Below are positions 38,077 to 51,772 of a DNA stretch of 64,000 nt, one piece after another. The stretch is from Haliotis rufescens (Eukaryota): the NCBI RefSeq assembly GCF_023055435.1, contig NW_025963857.1, forward strand, positions 1,488,001 to 1,552,000, written 5' to 3'. Below the pieces are notes generated by a model. It searched no databases. It was not told the origin of the DNA and saw only the letters and a list, made by a program, of their open reading frames with translations. Both the position numbers and the translations under genes were made by a program. The first letter of the stretch is position 1; every line of letters starts with the position of its first letter.

Positions 38077-40347
38077 TCAAACATCAAGGAGGAGGCAGCT
38101 GAACCTATTGTCCAGCTCACACGCTGCTTGCACCATCTCGGGCAGATCATTGTCTGAGTTCTCAGAGCGCACATCAGACTTGGCATAGTCAGTCTTCTTC
38201 TTGTCTCCCTTCTTCTTCCCTTTCTTCTTGGAGTTTTTCTTCCCTGTTCCTGTTTCCTGAAAACAATCCTCCCCAATGTGTTTAGAAATGAAAGATTCCA
38301 TCTGAGTGAAGACAGCTGACATGGGCGACTTCGGTCCGAGAATGTCACTGATGTAGGAAAGAGGTTTTGACCTTGACCTCAGTTCCTTGGTGAAGTTGTA
38401 GAGGAAGACCCCACTGAAGAAGGTGTGAGGTCGGGGATGTTCCAGAGGACTCTGCAGCAGCTGGTTGATATGGAGACCGTCCAGGAGACAGGCCTGGAAC
38501 TGAGATGAACCATGAGTGATGGCAGACTCCACTGGGCTGCACTTGGTGACAGGAGCAAACTTGGCATGGTGTTTGTCAACCTTCTGTAGAAACTGTGTCA
38601 GCTGTGACTCGGTTGCCTTCTCACAAGCTGACCGTACACATATCTGTGAGATGGGATCTGCCTCTTGGCAGGACTGTTTGGACTGCGTCTTTGGATCACT
38701 TAATCCTTCATTAGATGTTGAACTTAAAATATCATCCTTTGAAACATCTTCTGTTTCTTGTTCATGTTTGTAATGTCTAGAATTCTGCTTAAGTTGACGA
38801 ATTCTTGTCTTTGACTGTAGGAGTATTATGCACACAAGTAAGGCATGATAATGATACCTTGTCACTTTGGGTTGGGACTGAAGAATCCAGTACACAATCA
38901 CACATGCAAGAAGCTGCAGAGGAGGTGACCACAGTTCTAGGAAAGTGTTTGGAACAGAAAGAACCTCAAGTATCATATCTACACGCTGCCCAGTAGAAAT
39001 ATTTCCAAGCTGAGATAGTCCTGGAAGTTGGCCAAAATTTGGTAAAGAGTTGACAGATTCAAGAAGAGTCTTCTTCAGGTTCTTACTCTCATCTCGCGTG
39101 TATTCCAAGATGTGTGTATCCTGGCTTGGACCAGAAAGATTATCAATCGGAGTACAAGAATCATCCTTCAGAAGAATGCCGTACATGACCTGTCTAATCC
39201 TTTCAGAAGTGGAGTACGAGGAAGCAACCTTCATGTTTTCCACCTGAGTCAGTAGAACATTCCGATGAAGCACCACAGTGTTGAGAAAAAACGGATGGAT
39301 TGCACCAGATCGATGAGCACTGATGAACCAGGATGGAGCTAGGCTGCCATTATAACTCTTTATCTCATCAGTCCGCTGCTGCAACGCAGTGTTACTATCA
39401 CTATCAAAGAAGTCGCTCAAACTGAAGGACTCCTCCAAGTCTATATAGAATCGGATACATCTGTGAATGAGTAGTCTTAGATTGTCTCTTGATTCTTTCG
39501 GAACATACGTGAGGATCTTCTCCACCGCATCTTCCCACGACTTGTAGTCCTCACACCAGCTCAATATGGCTGCCAGCCTTTGATGTCTCTGTGGCAGAGA
39601 TTTAGACCAGGCTGATTTCAGGGTGTGGAAAAAGTTTTCAAATAATGACGACTCAATGAAGTCATTCCCTAGAAGGACTGCAATGACAGGCAATAAAGTT
39701 TTATCAAATCCTGGAAACTCTTTAGCAAAGTGGTCGATGTGATACAACTGGACAGACAAGCAGTGGTAGGTTTTGCCAGTTTGCGGGTCTTCTGGGGAGG
39801 CTAATCGAAAATCTACATAGTCAAACAGTATGAAACCACCTCTCAGGTCGAACACAAAAAAATCACTATCATTACTCATTACAGGGCAGTGCCAATGGTT
39901 GGCTAGCTTGACAATCTGACTATCAGCCTCAAAGTCACACACAATATACGGAACTCCCATGTCAACCAACACAGTCTTAAAGGTTTCGTATGCCAAGATT
40001 GGCAAAATCCTTCCTCTACCTCCATGAGAAATAAATCCTGCAAGGTGAATTCTGTTTTTGGCTCGAGTGAGTGTTGTTTTTAACTTTTTCCCATCTGCTT
40101 CATATCCTCCATCAAAGACGATAAATGGTTTAATGTCACATTCTTCAAACATCTGAAATATTTCTTTGACCTTTTTATAGAAGACATCATAGTCTCCTCC
40201 ATAATGGTGTTTGACATGCAGATACTGGTACAGGAAGTGGTAGAAGTTGTTTCCATCAATCACAACTCTTGTGCAGTGCAGGTTGTGATCCTGAAGGAGT
40301 CGATTGTTGTTGCTGTCAACAAAACTTGTGAAGCCTCGGATGCCCAT
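38077..40347 (-). CDS. ASTE1: Protein asteroid homolog 1 (XPG/FEN1-like PIN nuclease), 756 aa, single coding exon
   Basis: MGIRGFTSFV start, VVIDGNN, GGDYD, IVFDGG, CDFEAD, PVMSNDSDFFVFDL, AVLLGNDF, QFQACL..NQLLQSP, then a Lys-rich tail and NRF near the end. 5'UTR acceptor at ~40370. Confidence 0.93.
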   Translation of the reverse strand: MGIRGFTSFVDSNNNRLLQDHNLHCTRVVIDGNNFYHFLYQYLHVKHHYGGDYDVFYKKVKEIFQMFEECDIKPFIVFDGGYEADGKKLKTTLTRAKNRIHLAGFISHGGRGRILPILAYETFKTVLVDMGVPYIVCDFEADSQIVKLANHWHCPVMSNDSDFFVFDLRGGFILFDYVDFRLASPEDPQTGKTYHCLSVQLYHIDHFAKEFPGFDKTLLPVIAVLLGNDFIESSLFENFFHTLKSAWSKSLPQRHQRLAAILSWCEDYKSWEDAVEKILTYVPKESRDNLRLLIHRCIRFYIDLEESFSLSDFFDSDSNTALQQRTDEIKSYNGSLAPSWFISAHRSGAIHPFFLNTVVLHRNVLLTQVENMKVASSYSTSERIRQVMYGILLKDDSCTPIDNLSGPSQDTHILEYTRDESKNLKKTLLESVNSLPNFGQLPGLSQLGNISTGQRVDMILEVLSVPNTFLELWSPPLQLLACVIVYWILQSQPKVTRYHYHALLVCIILLQSKTRIRQLKQNSRHYKHEQETEDVSKDDILSSTSNEGLSDPKTQSKQSCQEADPISQICVRSACEKATESQLTQFLQKVDKHHAKFAPVTKCSPVESAITHGSSQFQACLLDGLHINQLLQSPLEHPRPHTFFSGVFLYNFTKELRSRSKPLSYISDILGPKSPMSAVFTQMESFISKHIGEDCFQETGTGKKNSKKKGKKKGDKKKTDYAKSDVRSENSDNDLPEMVQAACELDNRFSCLLLDV

Positions 40348-40585
40348 TATTGATTGGAAAGTGGCGTAGCTGAAATTATAGAACAGGACAATCCAAAGTA
40401 TCAGTCATTGAACAGTCTATACACAATCTGAATAGCATCTTGAATGTATTATAGTGAAAAACGCGAACCAATATCAAATTAACAGTGGCAATTCTAACAT
40501 GTTTCTTTCAACAACAATGACATGTTTCAAGTTTCCTATGACAAAACTTACAGGTGACATGTTTGTCTCTGGCTTGATGCCTTCA

Positions 40586-40865
40586 AGGGAGCACGGGTGG
40601 CCCAGTCGTCTAAGGAGCCGCGATTTGCTGTGCAGAGTTGCGTCCCTTGGGCACGCCAGAAACCTACGATTGTGGGTTCGAATCCCGGTTCGCCCCGATT
40701 ATGTTTCTAGGTTTGTCAGCACCATACCCGTGCTCGTGGGTTTCACCGAAGTGGTAAACGTCTGAGACCTGCATCCCTTCGGGCTTTCCTCCCACATTAA
40801 GCTGACACACCGTGATATAACTGGAATACTGTTAAAAGCGGCGTAAAACCCAACTCACTCACTCA
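40586..40865 (+). mobile_element. Intact tRNA-derived SINE (family A) with a 13-bp target site duplication
   Basis: A box ggtggcccagtcgtctaagg, B box ggttcgaatccc, tail gcggcgtaaaacccaactcactcactca; TSD cttgatgccttca at 40573-40585 and 40866-40878. Confidence 0.92.
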
Positions 40866-41539
40866 CTTGATGCCTTCATGTTTAACCCATTCTAAAGTGT
40901 CAGTAAACTTTGATGACCTGACTAATACTAATTAATTATAATGCTACATTGAATAAACTATTATCAAAATATCCATAAGTGCTGTATGATAGACAAGACA
41001 CATGACATGTTGAAACTCTTAATCTAATAATTTGGTTTTACAGAATCATGAAATACATCTGAATTAATTTTAAAGAATTTAAAATAAGAATTAATTTGAA
41101 ACAGAAACATTTACATTTGCGGTTAACCTCTCAGTGTCTGATGAATAGAAGTTACCGCATGACGTATTGTAAGCTGATAAATAGACAGTAAAACTTGTAT
41201 GTGGCTGTAGCCTAGAACCACAAACGGGATTCTAACGGATATTCTTATACCATTTAAAATGCCATTTAGAAGATCAATACGTACACAGAGACAAAACCTT
41301 GTCAGCGGCCATCCACATGTCACGCCTTTTCAGTCTTTCGGGAACCAGTGCTGAGAGTGCTCTCCCTTGAAACTCTTTAAATATATTGTCCACGAGTGAA
41401 ATAGTTCTAGATACAATATTTCTGGACTAAGGAGCCTGAAAACGCAATACTTATATTTTTGTATTAATTAAAACGGTTTTATATGATTACATGTCGTTTG
41501 GTACGTGTAAAACAACATATTGTATTTGGTTTGAGATTT

Positions 41540-41830
41540 ACCTGAAATCCAACATGGCGGCAAAATTAAACAATCTCAGCATGTTGTCGGAATCGTGAAA
41601 TGAAATGTACACTTGTGATTACTTTGTTGACATATCGTGTATCGCGCGGCTGGATTCACGTATGCACACATTTTCTTTTCTTCTATCATAGCTCCTATCG
41701 TATGTTTCTTCAAGTAAAATCTGGATTCCTGCTTTATCCGCATACCCTTTGATCATCATCATCTTCATGATTAAATGAACATGAACGCGTGCAGGTTACG
41801 TCTCAACTGCCAAGTTCCGTATTTTTTCAT
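41540..41830. promoter_or_regulatory. Likely bidirectional promoter for ASTE1 and PIGM
   Basis: Lies between the head-to-head genes. YY1-like ccaacatggcggc at ~41549-41561, minus-strand donor CAG|GTAAAT at 41542/41541 (candidate ASTE1 non-coding exon 1), locally CpG-richer. Confidence 0.5.
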
Positions 41831-42612
41831 TCGGAGTGGCTAGTATGGCATTGTGGCTGCAACACAAGAATATTTGAACAATTGACTTTGCAACGCACAT
41901 TGAAGCTGTTCATGACCGAACCACGGAATTGATAGTGTAAAAGAAAACCGTTATCGCAAAGTCAATTTGTTAGAAGCTTCACATCGTACTCATTAATCTC
42001 TGTTGTCGTTACAAAACTGTAGGTACGACCCTGCTTGGTAACACTTGATATCATATTATCATGATTTTTATTGATGTAGATTTTTTGTTGTGCTTTTGTA
42101 TAAAACGTGGTAAAAGATGTCAAAGAAAAAACTGTAAAAATCAATGCCCAGTTGTGAAGTGAGACCAATTACACATGAACTGGGTCTAAATTGTTACTCT
42201 TTTTCTTCTTCTTTTTGTGCTGAGATTAAGAAAATGCACCTCAAACTTTGCAAATTATGTTACTTATCATGCTAAATGTTGAGGAACCATATTATCACGT
42301 GCTGGAGATAAGGGGGAGATAATTTTGATTCAGTTTCCTCAGTGAAATTATCTCCCTTTGCTCAACAAGAACTTCAGGTTTGACAGGAATTAATTTCATA
42401 CACAAAATCCTTGATGAAATGTCAACAAAGATTTTTATGTGTTCACACTTTGTAGAAATAAAAACTAGTCAGCATCCCTAGAACATTTGCCTGATTGAGT
42501 CTGGAAGTCAAATGTTATCTACTAGTACACAGCTTGATGTCTTGCTTCAGTGAATAAATTCAGTTAAGATATTCATGACTGTATTTTTACTCCCAGATTT
42601 GTCCAAGTGACC

Positions 42613-45600
42613 ATGTGGAAGTACTGTGTCCTTGGCCTAGTAGCAAGACTGGTTCTCTTGCTGTACGGAGAATGGCAGGACCGCACTATGGAGGTCAAAT
42701 TTACAGACGTTGACTACTTTGTCTTTGACGATGCAGCATCTTTTGTTATTAAGGTAATATTTATTTAAAAAACACCATTAAGAAGTACTTATGAAGTACT
42801 AATAGATCTGATGATGTGAAAAGTTCAAGAATGGCTTGTGTAAGGAAGAAACAAGGCTAGTTGTCAGATATTTGTACTTGTTTGATAATTGTCATTCCAT
42901 TATTCTCAACATTTTCAGTTGGCCAAGAGAAAACCTGATCCTACTCATCCTTTAGCATATTGAGAGTATGCTAGACTTGGCTGATTCTTAAACAAAGAAA
43001 CTGACCTGGTTCGACTTTGTCAATGAAGAAATCATATTTGCATGTCATGAGTGATCTCCCTTGGACCATACATATTTTTTCTTCCTATTTCAGGGACAAT
43101 CCCCTTATGACCGAGCCACTTACCGCTACACCCCACTGTTAGCCTTCATGCTTCTACCAAACAAATGGTTTCACAGCTTCGGGAAAATCCTTTTCATCAT
43201 ATTTGATGTGATGACAGGGGCTCTGACATATTCCCTTGTTTCCTCCAAGGGTCATAGTCACAAGACTGCAGTGGTTTGCGCCTGTCTCTGGTTGTTCAAC
43301 CCCCTCCCAATGGCTGTGTCTAGTCGAGGAAATGCAGAGAGTATCATGTCCTTTCTAGTGCTTGCAACTCTTCAGCTGATAGAAAACCGCCACGTTTTCA
43401 TGTCTGCAGTGTCATATGCTTTAGCAGTTCACTTTAAGATATATCCCATAACATATGCACTGCCATTGTACTTACTATTGGGGAAGGATTTTGAGAAGGA
43501 CAAGATTCAGAGGACAGCAAGATCAAAATTTACTCAGCTGAAGAAAAGGACAAGAGAGGATGTATTAGTCTGGAGGGAAGTATTACTGGACTTAATCCCC
43601 AATATCAACAGACTGGTGTTTATGTTGGTGGGGGCTACAGTGCTGGGAGGACTCACTGCAGTATTCTATGCATGGTAGGTTATGTAGCCCGTTTATGGTT
43701 CATGTCTCCATACTGTATCGAGTGATATAAGATAGCTAAAAATCAATGAAGAGCAAAGCAATGTTTATTTGACGATAATACATTGTTTTATCATGACGTC
43801 ATTTCTGGAGGTTCGAATATGCGCTCGCAACTTGATGACGTCATGTTTTGGACAACTTATTGTTAGCCCTTAGGGCAGGGTCTAGTGAGTTAGATGTAAC
43901 TGTGGTACGCAGATAAACGCTGTTGCCGAACAATCCCATCCAAAATTGGGAGAGATATGACAATCAGTAATAGGAAAAAAAGGGAAAAAATCGATGTGAG
44001 GATTGTGAGAATATGCGTGAAATACCAAACTTAACCCACCTGTTCATAAATAGACTTGTCCGACATTGACAAGGTCGATTTCTATTCTGCGGGAGTCATC
44101 GTTGTTAAAATTAACTATTTTTAAATCTTGCACATTTTATAAACATCCTTTAAGTGGCTGTACATAATGTTGATATCTCATATTAGAAAACAACGATCAG
44201 TGCTGTGTTTTATTGTACGATAAACAACCCCGACTCCCATATATTTATATATGCTATCTACGGGTTGAAAGTGTTATTGGTTTTAACGTGTTTAGTTATT
44301 CAAACCTTTTTACATACCATGGAAAGATTAATTGCACCCATTTTCTGTTTTTGTGAGTGTTGTATTTTGCATCCATTAAACCCATGCAAATATTTCATGT
44401 TTATCTTGAAAATGAACCAGTGGATTAGTTGGTAGAATTTGACATAGAATCTCTGCAAGTAAACATAACTAGTAATATTAATCACGCTCCTTGTTGAGAC
44501 TGTCCGCCAACCACTGTTGTTCATTGTGTCTCTGTGTGCAGGTATGGCTGGCAGTTCCTGTACGAGACCTACCTGTATCATGTGTTTCGGCAAGATACAC
44601 GCCACAACTTCTCCCCATACTTTTACATGCTGTATCTGATGGGCGTGGCTCACACGTCCACATGGATCAAGATCCTCGCCTTCCTGCCACAGTGTCTTCT
44701 CATCCTCACATTCGCCATCAAGTACTATAGAGACCCACCCTTCTGCTGGTTCCTCATTACATTTGCTTTTGTAGCTCTCAATAAAGTGTGTACGTCACAG
44801 GTGAGAAGTCTTTCACAAGTGTTTACCATTTGTTTTAATACTTATTAACTTAACAGTCATCATTAGGACACACATGGAAAGATACTACTGCATCTTTGTT
44901 ATAAAATAATTTAGCAACATATATTAACAAATCAGTAGTTTTAAAAAGTTGGATTAATGCTGTTTTATAATAATCATAAAAGGTTTATAGAATATCTCTA
45001 AACATGTTTATCAAAGAATTGTTTTGCTTTTTTTTTGTAAACATTTGTAGATATGACCTTTAGATAAATGAAAGTACATGTGTGAAGAAATAATAGTTGG
45101 CACTGAGGTCAGAATTGTAGCCTAGTGGTTAAAGAGTTGATTGTTCACACCAAAGACCGGGTTCAATTCCCCACAAGGGTACCGGTACTATGTGCGAAAC
45201 CCATTCTGGTGTTCCTCGTGATTTAACTCAAATAATGCTATAAAAAACAGCATGAAAACATACGCTCTCCTACACTGCTGTATGATTTAAAGAGTTCCAT
45301 CACCTGTTGACAATGACTGACTACACCCTGCTGTGTCTCGTTTCAGTACTTCCTGTGGTACCTGTGTCTGGTGCCCCTCATTCTCCCCTCCATCAACATC
45401 TCCGTGTCCCGGGGAGTCATGCTGACCTCTCTCTGGTTCCTCGGCCAGGTATTATCATCTATTCTTACTCAACCTCTTCAAGAACCTCATTCAGTTTTGT
45501 TGGGATTTTGGCCTCCCGCCATGAAGTGGAAGGAGATATAGGAATGGGTGCCTACCATCCATCTGTCACATTTCGTTTCTGGGGCGGAACTCAAAAGCCA

Positions 45601-46414
45601 TGAGAGATATCTTAAGCAAAATTTATTTTTCGAGTTTCCATGGCAGCGACTTTGACTTAGACTGAAAACATGGAAAATGGCGGTAGTGCTCCTTTCCGGA
45701 GCAGATCTTGAAAACCGTACAATATTTCGTCACCAAACTTGGCACATAGATAGGTCTGGCAGTGAACTGGTGCCTTTAATAATGTGGGATATTTGAAAAA
45801 TTTATTTTCGATTTTCCATGGCAGCGACTGAAAATGGCGGTATTTCCCGTTTCCAGAGATAATCTTGAAACCCATACAATATTTCTTGCCCTGCACACAA
45901 CCACACGTCATATTGGCGGGGGATATGAGTATTTCATGCTTGTTTATTATGTAGAAGAATCAATGTGACACATTATGTGACATGCATTTAATAATGGCAC
46001 TTATTGCTAAGTGTATGAATTATGAAATACTAAAAGAACATTTTTCAAACTCTATTGTTTGTTCACTATTTCCAGAATGGTTAACCTTGTTAATACATAG
46101 TATTAATACTCAATAGCCTTTGTGACCACCCAGTCTTCAGTTTCATCAACTCTATTTGATTAGAAGAATATTTGCAATACTGAATAAGTCATCTCTGAAT
46201 CATCTTTGTGGAAAAATTATATTTTCAGGGTATTTGGCTTTTACCAGCTTACTACCTGGAGTTTGAAGGTGTCAACACGTTCCTGTACATCTGGGGCGCT
46301 GGACTGGCATTCTTCACCATCAACAGCTACATCCTCTACATTCTCATCACCAACTACAGGCCGGTGTACAGTCAAAGCACGAGCAAAGCCAAACTTACAA
46401 TGAAAGTACAATGA
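42613..46414 (+). CDS. PIGM: GPI mannosyltransferase 1 (PIG-M), 5 coding exons, 422 aa
   Basis: Exons 42613-42753, 43094-43674, 44542-44800, 45347-45448 and 46229-46414 total 1269 nt, all GT-AG and in phase. Motifs KFTDVDY (DxD), [74 protein letters not shown]. Confidence 0.96.
45507..45945 (+). mobile_element. Non-autonomous element of the Pearl/CvA/HINE (Helentron-associated) type in PIGM intron 4
   Basis: Subterminal inverted pair cctcccgcc / ggcggggg, a ccatccatctgtc microsatellite relic and internal tandem core repeats (tttccatggcagcgact..gaaaatggcggta, twice). Confidence 0.55.
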
Positions 46415-46816
46415 TTTCATCAAATTGTTGTAACCATGGTAACCTCAGCCTGCTTGTCAAGTACTCAGATGAAAATACTGCAGACACTGTTGTATGTTTC
46501 TCTGTGTTAAGTGTGTTACAGATCAATCAAACAGTTAATTATTACCCTAACTACACTAAAGGGACTGATTACAATAAGTGTCACTTGCTCGCTTCAATAA
46601 AGTGACACCTTTTTATCACGGCATTCTGGATTTCAGTTGACCTTAAAATAAGATGGTGTTTAAACATTTCAAAGGTAGGGCTACTGGCATGATCCATTCT
46701 AGATGACTGGCATTAATTAGGTGATGGGTTAGTATGGGTATGGGTTCATTGTTGTTTAAAAAAGTACATTGTGCCCATGTACAGTACCAGGTATTAACAT
46801 TGATAGTGACAAATAT

Positions 46817-46828
46817 TTCTCTCTCTCT

Positions 46829-46875
<47 letters not shown>
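46817..46875. repeat. (CT)n(CA)n microsatellite
   Basis: Read directly from the sequence. Confidence 0.95.
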
Positions 46876-46879
<4 letters not shown>

Positions 46880-49800
46880 GGTTAGAACTAAACTGAAAGG
46901 CTTCACTAGGCCCAGTAAAGATAAAATGCGTTTGTTAAAACAATGGGGACATTGCAAAATTTGAACTAGCCCACAGGAACTTGTACTAGCCCCGGTCTAG
47001 CGGGCTAGTGTTAATTTCTAACGCTGGGTTGAAATCAATTCCCTAGAGCTGTTAATTCGTTGCACAGAATTTAATTAAGAAATATATGTTAAAGCTGTCA
47101 TGACTTTTGAAATAGATTTTGAAATAGTTTGTTATGACTGTTGGTACTTTATATCCATGTTTATTATGACCATGATCAACTGTATTGTCTGATCAGCACT
47201 TGGAGGAATAACTCACGGACAGCAGTTAGATCAACTCTGAACATGATGAACCCTGTTCGAATGAAAATAACAACCCATATATGCCCTTCTGTATGTCTGG
47301 GGTTTGCGTGACAGATGACCCATCCCACCTGCTTCTAGGCTTTTGTTCTGTGTTTCGATTTAGAGTTCAGTTAACTGATAACTGTATTGAACTTTAATAT
47401 TGTTATTTAATATGTTTTATAACATTATTTGTGTTATTATATATACGTATATTATTAATCACTATTTATTTTACTTGTTAAATTTGTGTTTGTATGTTTT
47501 GTGTCTTTATCGTAATGTCACCATTTTCATGTTAAGCATTATTAAGTTATGTTTCTTTCCAGTTAGGAATAAAGATGACAGAAATTAAATAAAATTTGAA
47601 TACAACATTGCAATTTTGATCTTTCTTTGGAGAGAAGTTGTTACATCCATAATGTTGTTTGCTTGTTTGTTAAAACCTCACTCATCTATGTCCCAGCTGG
47701 ACCAAAGATACCAGTGAATGCTATATGAACAACGATCCACGCTGTCCTCGAATGCTGACTCACAGACCATTTGGTCACCTCTTGCAGCCTGGGAAGCTTG
47801 CTGGGGATCCGTTCTAACCTGGAATCCACACAGTGCAGATGCATAATGGCACAATGTTATTCAATGATATTCAAAATCACTCCATTTACAACTATACATG
47901 TATATTAATAAAAGTGACAAAACCTTTCCCAAAATTATACGAAATCTTCTAAAAGCAGAGTCCATTGTTAGATTCCACCTATCATGAACATGAGTTTATG
48001 AATCACTATCAAACAGAGATGGTACCACGTGTTTGTGAAAAGGTGAGCGTATCCTACCCCACCACAAACACGTGCAAAGGCATGTCAATTGTTCACCTGA
48101 CAAAATATGGGAACATATGGTTCAAGCCAAAGTAGGGGATTGCATTGGACATAATTTTTTTGTCACTGATGTGTCTTCTATATCTATGTCTTAGTATAAC
48201 TGATATCAATAAGTAATACAATTATACAATTATTCTAAACTATGAATCAGCCTCATTGTAGCTCTATGTTAGCTAGCTAAAGTTAAAAATGTACAACCTA
48301 TTGCAATGAGCAATCAAAAACGAATGTGATTTCCAATTGTGGAATTCGATTGAGCCCAGATTGTACATGCTGTATGTCTCAGTCCAACAGTCCGTCGGTA
48401 TTCTCGTAATTAAAACATATAAATGAACACCCAGAACCTTCAAGTAAAATATGAATATATTTATTCAGTAACCATGGTAACTGGTACCAACAATCATCTA
48501 TAACATTCAAATAAGATCAATGCAAAAACTATTGGGTATTCATTACACTGACTGCCAACAATCCAGATACATGTTATTTGTGTTAGACACTGATATAAAG
48601 TCATCCCTCTCTGTCGCCACTGTTGTAATCTGCTGCAGTTTCCAGACACTACAGTCTCCAGCCTCATGGTTTCATCATCATGCCAACACACCCTACAGGA
48701 AGCTCTGATGCTCTCAGTGTTGCTATTGTGTTCGCTAGAATACAACAGTGGAATTTCCTGTGCATCATGTTTCCATGTGTGATGTATTAGATCAGTGCTT
48801 TAACTATTGATCAACAAAAAATAAAGATGAATGTTCTTTGTCACCTGTCAGCAGTTTGTGCAAGTTCTCCTGTAATGTTGGTATGTGTCCAGTGCACACA
48901 CCTCATGGTATCTCTCAAGTTCATCTGTCATCGATCTTATGGCGTTTTGTTTTCTGTTACTTGTTTATCCTAAGAAATAGGTCTATATGTTTTTTCATTA
49001 ATGCCAGGCCTGATAATGACACTCTTGAATTAAATATCACACATTTGTAACTGCCTGACTCAGAAAAGTGGTATTTGCTCACAGACAAGTGGTATTTGCT
49101 CACAGACAAGTAAGTCTCCTGCAAATACTATTGATAGCTGCACCAGTTCTCCGGGACATTCTTCAATGGTAAATGCTGTACAATTCTGACCTGCCAGTCA
49201 TATTTCCAAAAGAACAAGAAATTAAATGTTTATTTATATCTCTTTCTATCAACCCTATATTTGTTAAAAAAATACAGCAGAAAGATTTAATTGGAGGTTT
49301 TAATTTCATTGTATATCTTTATCTCAACCACCACCCAAATGACATAAAAGAAATGTCTCAGAATCATATACTAAAAGTCCCATAGAGGATCCAGCATGGC
49401 AAATGACATAAAAGAAATGCCTCGAATGTGGAAGAAGAGACAGATTCGACCGACATACATTACACATGGAAGTGTCGGCAATACTTGGACATTATCAACA
49501 GGGCACTCTACAAGTTAGTGAGTTAATAAAAAAAACATACAACTTTATGATCAAGCTAGAGTGATCACTCCAGCTTGACAACGGTGTTAGAATATACATG
49601 GAAATGCTGCTAGATGAAATAAACAGGAAATTGTTTTCTTAGCAGGGTCATACAGTCATCTAATATTCAACTCTGAAGCGTTCCATAATCAACAGAAACA
49701 GTTAGTGTTTAGTATGTTAACAACTGGTGGAACCTCTCCACAGGCAGTATGTCGTGCACTGACATGGTATGTATACTACTCAAAAGAAATTAAAGAACAC

Positions 49801-51523
49801 ATTTCTTCATGACGAGTTAATCTGTAATGAAAAGAGTCAGGTGTTGTTTAACCTTTTTTGAGTAGTACATGCAGAGAGACCATGCTACACTGCCTGGTGG
49901 CTGTTTTCCAGTCCAGGACAAGCGAAATGTGACGCACTTCTTGAATAAATAGGCTGAACATTAACGGCTTGATCGGTAAGTGTTAGTCAGCAGACAAAAG
50001 TGTTTCAACTCCATCTGCTAGGACTGGCAATCAGCCCAAGGATGGCACCCAACACAGCCTCTTGCTGCAACACTACATCCAGTATTTGAAAACACCAGGA
50101 AGTCTCCCCATGGACGTAACTGGCTTTCTTCAACTCGAGTTCCCTGGGAGGAGCAGTTAAACACAGGGACGACTACTTCAGGAATATCATGCAATGTGCT
50201 GCCTGTGAGTCGTGTAATCCACACACCTGCAGTTCAATATGGAGTAGTTTTCAATAGGGATGTAGTGATACACTTCGTGGCAATACAATACAATACACTA
50301 TAATTCAATACAAAGGGTACAATGGATGTACATTGTACATCGATGATGGTGAGAGGGAGCTGTTCGTAAGTTTCATGTCTGATAAAAATCTTCATTCTGT
50401 AAGTTTGGGTGGGGGTTAACATGTTGGCAGTTTCATACAGCACAATCAGTTTTACAGTTCAAGGCAATAAATAACAGTCAACAGGTACACTGTGGGTCCA
50501 ATACAAGGAAGGTTATTCCAGTTGAAAGATCTTCCTTCTGTTGGGCTATGTGTTGATGACATATATAATAATAATAATTTATGTAGGGATACTTAATAGC
50601 CGTGAAATCAGGTCCCCTGAAGCACTTGTTAAATCATCATCATCATTATCAACTCTGATATGTTTTTCTTTCTCAAATACATTTGAGGATGGGAGATTGG
50701 TAGAGGGGCAGGGGTATATCTCAAAATATGGAATTCAGGTTTCCATCACAAATAAAGTTTGTGAAATACTCCCTTTGCTCAAAATAATTAACAAACATGA
50801 AAAACTCAACACTCACAGATGGCATTATCAGTGGGAATGACAGGAGACCCTGACAATATATATTTTGTAAACCTGAGTTAATCAAACTGAGACATTCTTG
50901 AAGAGACAGCATTTCACAACTGTCTATACCACTACCATGATATGATACTGGTATGCTGGCATACCAAAACTGTCACAAATCAATACAGCCTTGTGTGAAC
51001 ACTGAACAGGTAGTAAAGACTGGTATGCTGGCATAACAAAACTGTCACGAATCAATACAACCCTGTGTGAACACTGAACAACTATTAAACACTGGTATCT
51101 CTCTGGTGATGCTAGACATTGACTTTAAGTTCTTGTATCTAATAAGAAATAGTAAAAAATAAAATACCTCTTGGATAAATTCTTTTATAAATTTGAGTAA
51201 AAATAACAATAAATTACATTTTGGCCTTAAATGTTAAGTTTTATTATACGCATATTAATAATGCTCAGTTATGAAGCTGGCTCCAAAAAAAGGGCCCCAT
51301 AAATAAGCCAATCAAAGACCAGACTGCGTTCATGGAAGGAAGCATCCAGGTGAGCTACAGATGCTCAGGATGCAGGGAATACTACAGAAGACAAAACTGA
51401 TGTCAAAAAGGTGACATGAGATCAAACTGTGACTATCTACATAACACAGAAGACCAGACTCAATTACTCTATTCTTTTACGGATCTTCTTGGACAATATG
51501 CAAGGCGAGAAGTCTAACATACA

Positions 51524-51772
51524 TACAGTGGAAACCTGTTGATCCAGACAATACAGCTCCCAGTGAACAAATGTCTGGATTAAAGAGTCCTTGTCACGAA
51601 AAACATTCTTTGTATGTATGTAGTCTGTGCCAAAAACCTTTGAGTCTGCAACCAAGCTTGACTGTAAGCATCACTTTCTGTAAATTGTTATAATTGGACT
51701 ATTACTGGCTAAGCTTACGAACGAACAGAATGTTTCTAGACTGGAGGTACGTGGATACAGGGTTTCACAGTA
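51524..51772. mobile_element. Tc1/mariner-type MITE
   Basis: Ends tacagtggaaacctgt ... acagggtttcacagta, an imperfect inverted repeat bounded by TA. Confidence 0.5.

Noticed and set aside
40586-40700. Possible tRNA gene
   Set aside because: A and B boxes are present but there is no clean cloverleaf; it continues into a SINE body, tail and TSD and is multi-copy.
42808-42825. ctgatga..gaaa hammerhead-like core
   Set aside because: No stem II or flanking helices and not associated with the PLE relics; likely chance.
48020-49230. Additional PLE-like fragments (3' region at ~48020-48170; LPVIFPKEQEIK at ~49190)
   Set aside because: Probably real relics but too short and degraded to delimit as a feature.
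49870-50235. GC-richer segment with a minus-strand acceptor that looks like an exon
   Set aside because: All frames contain stops within a short distance and no protein family was recognisable.
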